From the NCBI GenBank assembly GCA_041167425.1, contig JBEEHO010000087.1, positions 1 to 44,747 on the forward strand: a stretch of DNA of 44,747 bases, in the 5' to 3' direction. The translations under genes were made by a program, and so were the position numbers. This document shows positions 1 through 8,384 of the stretch, in pieces (position 1 is the stretch's first letter; every line of letters starts with the position of its first letter). Origin of the DNA: Verrucomicrobiota bacterium. GTDB lineage: Bacteria > Verrucomicrobiota > Verrucomicrobiia > Chthoniobacterales > UBA10450. The notes beneath the pieces were generated by a model. That model ran no database searches and was not told the DNA's origin. It saw only the letters and a program-made list of their open reading frames with translations.

Positions 1-503
1 AGATCGAAGAGGTGCTCAAACTAAGCGACCAAATCAAAGCCATTGCGAAAAAGTACGCCTCCGTCAACGGCATGCTCTTTTTCGGCCGCCAGTTCAATTT
101 CCCGATCGCGCTCGAGGCTGCGCTGAAGATGAAGGAGATCACTTATCTTTTCGCGGAAGGCCATCCCAGCGCCGAGCTCAAGCATGGGATCATTGCCCTC
201 GTCCGGTCAGATCTTCCCTCGGTTTTCATCGCCCCGGACGACGCTGTCTTTTCCAAGAACCTCAACAACATCGAGCAGGTCCGGGCGCGCAAAGGTCCGG
301 TCATCGCCATTACTTCCGGCACCGGCGCCGATCGTCTGGCGAAAATCGCCGACGACATCGTCACCATTCCTGTTGTCCCCGATTACCTCAGCCCGATCCT
401 CACCGTCATCCCCTTGCAACTTCTCGCTTACCACATGGCGGTCGAGCTTGGGCGCGATGTCGACAAGCCGCGCAATCTGGCCAAGAGCGTCACGGTCGAG
501 TGA
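1..503 (+). CDS. glmS: glutamine--fructose-6-phosphate aminotransferase, C-terminal fragment (5' end outside window)
   Basis: The frame of ORF 12..503 is open to the window edge. SIS-domain sequence (EGHPSAELKHGIIALV) ends in the canonical GlmS C-terminus KPRNLAKSVTVE. Confidence 0.9.
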   Translation, partial: IEEVLKLSDQIKAIAKKYASVNGMLFFGRQFNFPIALEAALKMKEITYLFAEGHPSAELKHGIIALVRSDLPSVFIAPDDAVFSKNLNNIEQVRARKGPVIAITSGTGADRLAKIADDIVTIPVVPDYLSPILTVIPLQLLAYHMAVELGRDVDKPRNLAKSVTVE

Positions 504-916
504 CAACGGCGGGACAAACTGCCCGCGTGGACCTCGGATCGCAGCCCGCGCGCACGCGGTTCGAAGGACAACACGTCTGGATCCTCTTAATCACCGGATT
601 CCTCTTCCAATTTTTCGTTTCCAATCGCTTACCGCCGAAGCAACTCCGAGCTGGTTTCCTACGAGAAGATGGAATGATGACGCTGAACATTTCGGAGATT
701 CGCGACATCCCATCGCTGCATGCCTGGATGAACGAGATTGCCATTGCCGAACGCGCGCGCACATCGCAGACGCGTCCCTGAACACTTCAAAGGGCAAAGG
801 GTCAGTTCTTGGGATAGACATGTGATTTCGGCTCCTGCGCCTTGCGTCAACGAAGAGTGGGCACACATCCAGCTTTATAGACAACGAATCTTAAATTGTT
901 CCGGGGGGAACTAAAT

Positions 917-957
917 CCCGGCGGTGCAGCGTTTGGCCGCCGGGATGACTTTTTTTT
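917..957 (+). terminator. rho-independent terminator-like hairpin
   Basis: CCCGGCGG (917-924) pairs with CCGCCGGG (937-944). A T7 run follows at 951-957 after a short spacer. It lies about 410 nt downstream of the glmS stop. Confidence 0.5.
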
Positions 958-1029
958 GCTCCGAGCGCGCCCCTTGTGGTCACAATTTCGTGGGTAGTGT
1001 CCTAATTTAGAAACGGGTTTCTTCGCAAA

Positions 1030-1371
1030 CTAACGTGCGCGCCCGCCCCAAGTGATGGGCACTTTCACTTCTGGGCCGCTCCCTCTGAACCGAGCCGTCA
1101 TGAAGGCGTCAACACCGGCCCTATCAAGAAGTGCCGAGCCGGTGCTAATTGCAACCGACACATATTTGACGCGCCCGGTCTTAGTATCGACGTGGCAAAC
1201 GAACAAACCCGAGCCTACAGGTTTACGCCCATCTGGAAGGCTAGGCCAAGGAATAGACGGCTTGAAAATCAAGGCGGCGCGTTTTTGCTCGGCACTGACC
1301 GCTGGTCTCAGCGAGAAAGCGAAGAGCGATACAATGACCGTCAGACAAAGAATTGCACGGTGTGTAATCAT
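1030..1371 (-). CDS. TonB C-terminal-domain protein with N-terminal signal/anchor
   Basis: I use the internal ATG at 1371 (MITHRAILCLTVIVSLFAF...). The C-terminal part (GSGLFVCHVDTKTGRVKYVSVAISTGSALLDRAGVDAFMTARF) matches the TonB_C pattern. The longer 1434 start would overlap the upstream gene. Confidence 0.6.
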   Translation of the reverse strand: MITHRAILCLTVIVSLFAFSLRPAVSAEQKRAALIFKPSIPWPSLPDGRKPVGSGLFVCHVDTKTGRVKYVSVAISTGSALLDRAGVDAFMTARFRGSGPEVKVPITWGGRAR

Positions 1372-1375
1372 TTGG

Positions 1376-1660
1376 TCAAGCCTCTCTCGCCTTTGCTGCA
1401 ATCGCCACTCTGACGGCGGTCTGCGGCGAATCAACCGGCGGGATTTCCAGCACCGCCGTAAAGTCGCCTTCGTAATTTCTCCATCCGTAAGCGCGCTTTG
1501 CTTTCAGCTGGCCTTCCAGGTTGAAAACTTCGACAGTGCCCTCCCAAACAACTTGCTCCTTCCAACCCTCCACCACGATCACGGATTCAAGGTGGCGCGC
1601 AGGACAACCGGCAGCCTTTTCGACTGCGAGTTGAATCTCGGGAATAGGTTCTTCGCTCAC
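1376..1660 (-). CDS. conserved hypothetical small protein (94 aa)
   Basis: GTG start at 1660. Only 4 nt separate it from the downstream TonB-like gene. The sequence is protein-like (…VWEGTVEVFNLEGQLKAKRAYGW…VLEIPPVDSPQTAVRVAI), but I recognise no domain with certainty. Confidence 0.5.
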   Translation of the reverse strand: MSEEPIPEIQLAVEKAAGCPARHLESVIVVEGWKEQVVWEGTVEVFNLEGQLKAKRAYGWRNYEGDFTAVLEIPPVDSPQTAVRVAIAAKAREA

Positions 1661-1830
1661 GCCTCAATCATCTCTACCAAATCACGCACCGTCCATGCGG
1701 ACTTTGTGACGCCTGCGGCCATCGCTGGCGTGGAACGAATGGAACTGTTGAATTTCACGAAGTTGTAATAGGCGTAATGCAAAGCAACCGCCGCCATTTC
1801 GTGACGCTCTTTGACAAGCGGGGCTGCGGT
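1657..1830 (-). pseudogene. C-terminal remnant of a DDE/IS-type transposase
   Basis: The tail of ORF 1657..2139 reads …VALHYAYYNFVKFNSSIRSTPAMAAGVTKSAWTVRDLVEMIEA. This is the H(F/Y)xxYNFxRxHxxL..TPAM..G....W motif typical of transposase C-termini. The rest of that ORF is antisense to phoB and was discarded. Confidence 0.4.
1753..1770 (+). promoter_or_regulatory. candidate Pho box upstream of phoB
   Basis: TTTCACG aagt TGTAATA: two 7-mers at 11-bp phasing, about 95 nt upstream of the phoB ATG. It resembles the stronger arrays at 11737 and 20245. Confidence 0.3.
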
Positions 1831-1861
1831 CTGCAAAGCTCGCTGTTCCGGAAATGCGATC

Positions 1862-2548
1862 ATGGCGACCCCACGAATTCTGATCATCGAGGACGAACAG
1901 GACGTGATCGATCTGCTCACGCTGAATTTGCGCAAAGCCGGATTCATCCTGAGCACCGCGACGGATGGAGCGGCTGGACTCCGCAAGGCGCGCGAAGAAT
2001 CGCCCGCTCTGATCATCCTCGACCTGATGCTGCCGAAAATGCCCGGCCTCGAAATCTGCAGAGCCTTGAAGACCGATATCGCGACGCGCCAGATCCCCAT
2101 CATCATGCTGACCGCGAAGGCGGAGGAAATCGATCGCATCGTCGGGCTTGAGTTCGGCGCGGACGATTACGTCACAAAGCCGTTCAGCCCGCGCGAACTG
2201 GTGCTGCGGGTGAACGCGATCCTGCGGCGGGGCAAGGGTGAGGTCGCCGACGAAAAGAAGTTATCGATCGGGCCAATCACACTCGATCCGTCGCGGCACC
2301 GCGTGACGGTCGCGGGGAAAGCGGTGCGCCTGACCAGCGTCGAGTTCAAATTGCTCAGCAAATTGATGCAGCGACAGGGTCGGGTGCAGGCGCGCGATCG
2401 CCTGCTCAACGAAGTGTGGGGTTATGAAAGTGTGATCGATACCCGCACGGTCGATACCCACGTGCGGCGGCTACGCCAGAAACTCGGCAAGGCATCGGCT
2501 GTCATCGAAACGGTGCGCGGTTTCGGTTATCGCATCCGGGAAAGCTGA
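1862..2548 (+). CDS. phoB: phosphate regulon response regulator (OmpR family)
   Basis: Receiver domain (RILIIEDEQDV…DLMLPKMPG) plus winged-helix output (…VDTHVRRLRQKL…GFGYRI). Start is at the internal ATG 1862 (MATPRILIIEDE). It sits directly upstream of phoR and the pst genes. Confidence 0.9.
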   Translation: MATPRILIIEDEQDVIDLLTLNLRKAGFILSTATDGAAGLRKAREESPALIILDLMLPKMPGLEICRALKTDIATRQIPIIMLTAKAEEIDRIVGLEFGADDYVTKPFSPRELVLRVNAILRRGKGEVADEKKLSIGPITLDPSRHRVTVAGKAVRLTSVEFKLLSKLMQRQGRVQARDRLLNEVWGYESVIDTRTVDTHVRRLRQKLGKASAVIETVRGFGYRIRES

Positions 2549-2554
2549 ACGCTC

Positions 2555-3835
2555 ATGGGCTGGCTCGCCTTTTGCGGACTTATCGCGGTTGTGCTCGCGA
2601 GTGGATTTGCGGTTTGGCGCAAATGGGTCGCGCCCTGGAAAGATGTGGAAGAGTTAGCAGGCGACATTGTTGAACACCGTGCCCCGCGGAAATTTCTGAT
2701 CAGCGGCAATCCGCACGCACGGCGCGTGGGACTCGCGCTGGAAAAGCTGACCGATCGCCGGCGTGAGCTGGATGAAAGGATGCGCGAAAGCGAACTCAGC
2801 GTTCAGGCGGTCTTTGGCGCAATGCTCGATGGACTCGTGGTGGTGGATGGTCTGCGGCGCGTCCGGCTGGTCAATCTCGAATTCAGGCGCGTTTTCGGTC
2901 TCCGGGAAAATGCACCAGGGGAAACGCTTCTCGAAGTGATTCGACACGCTGCGGTCGATCGCATGGTGATGGAAGCGATCCGGACGGCCGAGCCCGGGCG
3001 GGAATCGATCAGGACGCCGCGCGACGGTACGGGCGAAAGCCGCGAAATGGAAGTGACCGCCGTGCCGCTGGGCGAGAATTCGGCGCAGATGGAAGGCGCC
3101 GTCGTGCTGTTCCGCGACGTTACCCAATTTCGGCAGGTGGAAGAAATACGACGCGATTTTGTGGCGAATGTTTCGCACGAACTCCGCACGCCGTTGTCGA
3201 TCTTCCGCGGATATCTCGAGACGTTGCTGGACGATCCACACCAGCCGCCGGCCGAATTGCTTCGCATTCTCGAAATCATGGAACGGCACTCGGACCGGTT
3301 GAACGCGCTCGTGGAAGACGTCCTCAGCCTGGCCCGACTCGAATCGCCGGGGATGGAACTCGATTTGGCCGAGGTCGATCTGGCCGAGTTGCTCCATTCG
3401 ATCATGCGCGACTGGGAAAAACGATTCGCGGCCCGGCAGCTCAAATCGCACCTCAATTTTCCGGGAAATCTGCCGGCGCTGCACGCGGACGAGAACCGTC
3501 TTCAGGAGGTTATTTATAATCTTCTCGATAACGCGGTGAAATATTCTCAACCGGGCGGGACGGTGTCTCTCCGCGCCGAGATGGTGGATGATCGCGTGCG
3601 CATCAGTGTGGCCGATCAAGGCATCGGGATTCGAGAGGCTGATCTGCCCCGCATCTTCGAGCGGTTTTATCGCGCAGATAAGGCGCGCAGCCGCGAATTT
3701 GGCGGGACCGGCCTGGGCCTTTCCATCGTCAAACATATTGTGCAACTGCATGGCGGCAGCGTCGAAGCCGAGAGCGAGCCGGGGAAAGGGACGACGATCA
3801 GTGTGTCGCTGCCTGTGAACCGAGAGGCTGACTAG
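2555..3835 (+). CDS. phoR: phosphate regulon sensor histidine kinase
   Basis: N-terminal TM segment, PAS-like segment, HisKA H-box (SHELRTPL) and HATPase_c (GGTGLGLSIVKH). The start is 7 nt after the phoB stop. Confidence 0.9.
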   Translation: MGWLAFCGLIAVVLASGFAVWRKWVAPWKDVEELAGDIVEHRAPRKFLISGNPHARRVGLALEKLTDRRRELDERMRESELSVQAVFGAMLDGLVVVDGLRRVRLVNLEFRRVFGLRENAPGETLLEVIRHAAVDRMVMEAIRTAEPGRESIRTPRDGTGESREMEVTAVPLGENSAQMEGAVVLFRDVTQFRQVEEIRRDFVANVSHELRTPLSIFRGYLETLLDDPHQPPAELLRILEIMERHSDRLNALVEDVLSLARLESPGMELDLAEVDLAELLHSIMRDWEKRFAARQLKSHLNFPGNLPALHADENRLQEVIYNLLDNAVKYSQPGGTVSLRAEMVDDRVRISVADQGIGIREADLPRIFERFYRADKARSREFGGTGLGLSIVKHIVQLHGGSVEAESEPGKGTTISVSLPVNREAD

Positions 3836-3837
3836 CT

Positions 3838-3997
3838 GTCATCCCGAGCCGCGCAGACGGCGAGGGACCTCACAGTTGGAATGCTGGTTTGCTTGCGCCT
3901 GCACCACGCCCATCCCAGTGGACGCTCAGCACTTCGCGGAAGCGGTCTCGTGAGCCTGCGTGAGGCACCTCGCCAGTCTTACGCGGCTCGGGATGAC
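3838..3997. repeat. family B palindromic element, copy 1
   Basis: Left arm GTCATCCCGAGCCGCGCAGACGGCGAGGGACCTCACAG (3838-3875). An imperfect inverted copy lies at 3958-3997. The same arms recur at 33754-33920. Confidence 0.75.
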
Positions 3998-4007
3998 AGC
4001 GCGCATT

Positions 4008-4035
4008 CTGTCCCGTCCGTCACACAAACGTAACA
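4008..4035 (+). promoter_or_regulatory. candidate Pho box upstream of pstC
   Basis: CTGTCCC…CGTCACA caaa CGTAACA. The GTCAC (4019) and GTAAC (4030) cores are 11 bp apart, about 50-65 nt upstream of the pstC ATG. Confidence 0.4.
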
Positions 4036-4083
4036 CTAAACAAATTGCCGCGGGGCTGACGTTTCCCCGAATGTTTCCTTCGC

Positions 4084-5676
4084 ATGGAAAGCCTCGCTCA
4101 TTCCCGCATCCTTATCCCGCCACGGACAAAGTCGCGCCGGACACAGGCGGCCGTCGAGCGGGCCATCAAGGCGTTCTTCGGCGGCAACGCGCTCGTGGCG
4201 GTAATCGTGCTGGCGTTGATCACGATTTTCCTTTTCCGCGAAGGCTTCGGATTTTTTGGACAAAATCTGGCGAACCTGCGCCTTTATCGGCAGGCCGGTC
4301 TTGAATATGTCGATATTATCCGCGGCGTTTCGGCGCGGCACGAAGCGCTCTCTCGAAAGTTGAGCGAGATCCGGCTGCGCGAGGTGCGGGTGATGGAGAA
4401 GCGGAACGCATCGCTCGCAGAGATCAACGCCACGCTGGCGCCCTTCGATCAATTTGCGTCCTCCTTCAGCGATACCGCCGACAATTTGCACGGCCTCGTT
4501 TCCGACCTGACCGACCAGGCGAGCGCCTTGAAGGAACAGCTTTTTGCCCGCGCCGAATTAGCGGCGCAACGTGCGCAATTAGAGCGCAGTGGCGCCCACG
4601 CCGCGGCGGAAAAAATCGCCGTCCCGGAAGTCGATCGGAGCGCGGCGCTCGGGCAGTTGCATCAAGGCGCTGCCACATTTGAATCGGTCAGCGCGGAGAT
4701 GACGGCGAAACTCTACAACCTCCTGGACGAGGCGCCGCCCATGCCGGATCCCGCGGGTCAAAAAGGCCTCGAACAATGGAAGACGCAGACCCGCGAATAT
4801 CTCGCCGGATTACCCGCAGCTTCCGAGAAGTTGCGGAGCTGGTCGCCCGATGCGCGGATTCCGTGGTATCGCTCGATCAGTTCGTTCCTCTTCGGCCGCG
4901 AATGGGTCACAGCGAGTTTCTGGCAGGACTGGTACGGCATTGTTCCGCTCCTGGTTGGTTCGGTCATGGTTTCAATCGTCGCCCTGGTCATCGCCGTGCC
5001 TCTCGGTGTCGCGTCAGCGGTTTACGTGAGTGAGATCGCTTCGCGCCACGAGAAGAGGCTAATCAAGCCCTACATCGAATTCATCTCCGCGATCCCGTCA
5101 GTCGTGCTCGGATTTTTTGGCATCGCCGTGGTCGGCCAGGCCGTTCGCGCGGCGTCGCAATCTTCATTTTTCAAATGGGTCTCGTTTTTCCCGATCAGCG
5201 AGCGGCTGAATATTTTCACGGCGGGATGTCTGCTCGCCCTCATGGCCGTGCCCACGATTTTCACTCTTTCCGAAGATGCCTTGCGCAATGTCCCGCGCGG
5301 TTTCAAGGAGGCTTCCTACGCGCTCGGCGCGAACCGGCTCCAAACCATCGGGCGCGTCCTCATCCCCGCGTCGCTGTCGGGCATCGTCTCCGCCATTCTT
5401 CTCGGGCTCGGCCGTGTCATCGGTGAGACCATGGTGGTCCTGCTTTGCGCGGGGAATCGCATCGCGATTCCGGATTTCACCCAGGGGCTCGGCGCCATTT
5501 TCCAACCGGTGCACACCATGACGGGAATCATCGCGCAGGAAATGGGCGAAGTGGTGCGGGGGAGCACGCATTACCGGGCGCTCTTCATGGTGGGCTTGGT
5601 GCTCTTCACGATCACGCTGGGAATTAATTATCTCGCGCAAAAATTCGTCGCGCGTTTCCGAATGAGCATTGGATGA
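4084..5676 (+). CDS. pstC: phosphate ABC transporter permease, long form with a large TM1-TM2 insert
   Basis: The C-terminal half has the BPD-transporter/PstC pattern (EDALRNVPRGFKEASYALGANRLQTI…). The gene order is pstC-pstA-pstB-phoU. Confidence 0.9.
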   Translation: MESLAHSRILIPPRTKSRRTQAAVERAIKAFFGGNALVAVIVLALITIFLFREGFGFFGQNLANLRLYRQAGLEYVDIIRGVSARHEALSRKLSEIRLREVRVMEKRNASLAEINATLAPFDQFASSFSDTADNLHGLVSDLTDQASALKEQLFARAELAAQRAQLERSGAHAAAEKIAVPEVDRSAALGQLHQGAATFESVSAEMTAKLYNLLDEAPPMPDPAGQKGLEQWKTQTREYLAGLPAASEKLRSWSPDARIPWYRSISSFLFGREWVTASFWQDWYGIVPLLVGSVMVSIVALVIAVPLGVASAVYVSEIASRHEKRLIKPYIEFISAIPSVVLGFFGIAVVGQAVRAASQSSFFKWVSFFPISERLNIFTAGCLLALMAVPTIFTLSEDALRNVPRGFKEASYALGANRLQTIGRVLIPASLSGIVSAILLGLGRVIGETMVVLLCAGNRIAIPDFTQGLGAIFQPVHTMTGIIAQEMGEVVRGSTHYRALFMVGLVLFTITLGINYLAQKFVARFRMSIG

Positions 5677-5765
5677 ATTCACCGCCGAAACGCAAAGACC
5701 GCAGAGACTGATGGAAAAAATTATCAAGGAATCCTTCACGGTTCATCGCTCGCCAGATTGATGAA

Positions 5766-6791
5766 ATGATTGCCGCCGCTTCCAACTCGCGCCGGGTTCA
5801 TTTGGTCCAGGGAATCGTTTTCTGGTCCTTTCGCCTGGCGACCTACTTCGTGCTCGCGTGCGCGACCTACATCTTTCTCGACATCGGCATCAAGGGGAGC
5901 CGCACCGTTTTCACCAGCACGCGGCCCTTCATCAACGTGCCGTTTCTGACCGAGCCGCCTCAAACGCTTTACGTTTTCGATTACGCGCGGAAAAAGATGA
6001 CGCTGAGCGACCGCCAGTTCCGCCAATGGAAAGTCGAGCACGCCGGAGTGGAAGTGGAAGCGTCCAGCATCGCGTATTCCGCCGGCGGAATCTGGCCTTG
6101 CATCGTCGGCACCGCGCTGCTCGTCATCGGATCGATGGCGCTGGCGCTTGGCATCGGCATCAGTAGCGCAATTTACCTGAGCGAATACAGCCAGAACGGC
6201 CGCTGGATTCGTCTCGTGCGCATCGCGATTCTCAATCTCGCCGGCGTGCCCTCAATCGTTTTTGGGCTCTTCGGTTTCGGATTGTTCGTGATCTTTTTCG
6301 GCTGGAACGTTTCGCTCATCGCCGGCTGGTTCACGCTCGGTCTCATGGTTCTGCCGGCGATCATCACCGCAAGTGAGGAATCGTTGCGCGCGGTGCCGCA
6401 AGGTTTGCGCGAAGGCTCGCTCGCCCTCGGCGCCAGCAAGTGGCAGACGATCCGCAAAAACGTTCTGCCCTACGCGCTGCCGGGAATCCTGACCTCGTCG
6501 ATCCTCGGCATCGCGCGGGTCGCCGGCGAAACGGCGCCGATCATGTTCACGGCGGCCTACGCGATGAAAGATGAAATGCCATGGCAGGTGGCGCGTATGA
6601 CCGATTTCTTTTTCCAGGGCGTCATGGCGTTGCCCTATCATATTTATGTTGTCAGCTCGAAAATTCCGCAGAACGAATACACCGAGCGGGTCCAATACGG
6701 CGGCGCGTTTGTCTTTCTTTTCCTCGTGATGCTGATCGCATTAACTTCCATTATCTTGCGGGAACGGAGCCGGAGCCGCCTCTCATGGTAA
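5766..6791 (+). CDS. pstA: phosphate ABC transporter permease
   Basis: PstA pattern ([38 protein letters not shown]). No alternative in-frame start exists after the stop at 5709. Confidence 0.9.
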   Translation: MIAAASNSRRVHLVQGIVFWSFRLATYFVLACATYIFLDIGIKGSRTVFTSTRPFINVPFLTEPPQTLYVFDYARKKMTLSDRQFRQWKVEHAGVEVEASSIAYSAGGIWPCIVGTALLVIGSMALALGIGISSAIYLSEYSQNGRWIRLVRIAILNLAGVPSIVFGLFGFGLFVIFFGWNVSLIAGWFTLGLMVLPAIITASEESLRAVPQGLREGSLALGASKWQTIRKNVLPYALPGILTSSILGIARVAGETAPIMFTAAYAMKDEMPWQVARMTDFFFQGVMALPYHIYVVSSKIPQNEYTERVQYGGAFVFLFLVMLIALTSIILRERSRSRLSW

Positions 6792-7624
6792 GCGTAGCCG
6801 AAATGCCGGAAATAACTTCACACTCCGCCGTGAGCCAGGCATCGCCGATGGCGAAGCCGATCATCGAGCGTGGCATGATCGAGATCGAGCAGCTCGATTT
6901 CGCCTATGGAACGCATCAGGTCCTGCACGATATCAACCTGAGCATTTCGCCGCGCGCCGTCACCGCGTTCATCGGACCGTCCGGGTGCGGCAAGACCACT
7001 TTGCTGCGCTGCCTCAACCGCATGAACGATCTCATCGACAGCGCGCGCATCACCAAAGGCTCGATCCGGATCGAGGGCGTGGACATTAACGCGCCCAACG
7101 TGGACGTGGTCGATCTCCGGCGGCGCGTCGGCATGGTTTTCCAAAAGTCGAATCCATTTCCGAAATCCATTTACGACAACGTCGCCTACGGATTGCGCAT
7201 CGCGGGGATAACGAAACGATCCTTGATCGACGAAGCGGTCGAGAAAAGTCTGCGCTCCGCCGCGCTCTGGGACGAAGTGAAAGACCGGCTCCACGTAAGC
7301 GGCTACGGGCTTTCCGGCGGCCAGCAGCAACGCCTCTGCATCGCGCGCGCCCTGGCGGTGGAGCCCGAGATCGTCCTGATGGACGAGCCTTGTTCCGCGC
7401 TCGATCCGATCGCGACGGCGAAAGTGGAAGAACTGATCCGTCAATTAAAGGAGCAATACACGATCGTGATTGTGACTCACAACATGCAGCAGGCGGGCCG
7501 CTGTTCCGATCATACCGCCTTCTTTTACCTCGGGCGCCTGATTGAGTTCGACGGCACCACCAAAATATTTTCCAACCCAGCCCAGCGGCAAACGGAGGAA
7601 TACATCACCGGCCGTTTTGGTTGA
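6785..7624 (+). CDS. pstB: phosphate ABC transporter ATP-binding protein
   Basis: Walker [10 protein letters not shown], signature LSGGQQQRL, Walker [11 protein letters not shown] and the PstB C-terminus YITGRFG. The ATG at 6785 overlaps the pstA stop (ATGGTAA). The 6581 start in the ORF track lies inside pstA. Confidence 0.9.
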   Translation: MVSVAEMPEITSHSAVSQASPMAKPIIERGMIEIEQLDFAYGTHQVLHDINLSISPRAVTAFIGPSGCGKTTLLRCLNRMNDLIDSARITKGSIRIEGVDINAPNVDVVDLRRRVGMVFQKSNPFPKSIYDNVAYGLRIAGITKRSLIDEAVEKSLRSAALWDEVKDRLHVSGYGLSGGQQQRLCIARALAVEPEIVLMDEPCSALDPIATAKVEELIRQLKEQYTIVIVTHNMQQAGRCSDHTAFFYLGRLIEFDGTTKIFSNPAQRQTEEYITGRFG

Positions 7625-7640
7625 CGGATCGGACCACGTC

Positions 7641-8333
7641 ATGATCGCACCACGACACATCCTCGGCACTTTCGATGAAGCGCTCGCTTCGCTCCGCAAC
7701 AATGTCCTCCTGATGTCGAGCCTGACTGAACGCAGCCTCGAGCGCGCCATCACGGGCCTGCTTCAGCGCGATGACGAACTCTGCGCGATCGCGATCGCCG
7801 ATGACGAGGAAATCGATCAACTGGAAAAGCAGGTCGACAAGGATGGCATAGATCTTCTGCTGCGTTTTCAACCGGTCGCTTCCGACCTGCGCCGGGTGGT
7901 TTCGGCGATGAAGCTCTCATCCAATCTCGAGCGCATGGCCGATCAGGGAACGAACATTGCGCGGCGCGCGCGCAAATTGAACCAACATCCGGCGCTGCCC
8001 GAAACGGAATTGATCACGCCGATGTTCGTGCATGCGATGGCGATGTTTAAGGACGCGATCGACGCTTACGTGCGCGAAGACGTGCAGCTCGCGCGCGCGG
8101 TGGTGCCGCGCGATCAGGCGCTCGATGAGATGAATAGCACGGCCGGCCGCCGCCTGATCGAGCGCATGGCGGAAGATCCCGCGCAGCTTCGCGGTTATCT
8201 GAATTTAATTTTTGTTTCGCGCTGTCTCGAACGCGTGGGCGATCATGCGACGAACATGGCCGAAGACGCAGTCTACGCCGCCGCGGCCGAGGATATCCGG
8301 CACCAGCATTTCGTGCCGGCGGAAAGCAATTAG
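7641..8333 (+). CDS. phoU: phosphate signalling complex protein PhoU
   Basis: Two PhoU repeats (…DDEEIDQLEKQV…, …LERVGDHATNMAEDAVY). Start is at the ATG 7641 just after pstB. Confidence 0.9.
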   Translation: MIAPRHILGTFDEALASLRNNVLLMSSLTERSLERAITGLLQRDDELCAIAIADDEEIDQLEKQVDKDGIDLLLRFQPVASDLRRVVSAMKLSSNLERMADQGTNIARRARKLNQHPALPETELITPMFVHAMAMFKDAIDAYVREDVQLARAVVPRDQALDEMNSTAGRRLIERMAEDPAQLRGYLNLIFVSRCLERVGDHATNMAEDAVYAAAAEDIRHQHFVPAESN

Positions 8334-8384
8334 CTCCGGCGGCAAAAGGTGTGGCAGATTCCGTCTGTCGCAGACGCCATCAAG

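Noticed and set aside
558-565. tRNA-like T-loop strings (GGTTCGAA at 558; GGGTTCGAATC near 19383)
   Set aside because: The flanking bases do not form a T-stem or an acceptor/anticodon cloverleaf, and the second string lies inside the porin coding sequence.
500-781. 93-aa ORF starting with a GTG that overlaps the glmS stop
   Set aside because: No recognisable features, odd composition in its first half, and no supporting context. It is kept only as part of the 'long non-coding stretch' observation.
1831-2139. Upstream part of the 160-aa minus ORF 1657..2139
   Set aside because: It is antisense to phoB. Only the last ~50 codons resemble a transposase C-terminus.
2654-3751. 365-aa minus-strand ORF, plus the 217-aa ORF at 2803..3456, antisense to phoR
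   Set aside because: They fully overlap a well-supported histidine kinase gene. The composition is Arg/His/Pro-rich low complexity, typical of shadow ORFs in GC-rich DNA, and no motif is recognisable.
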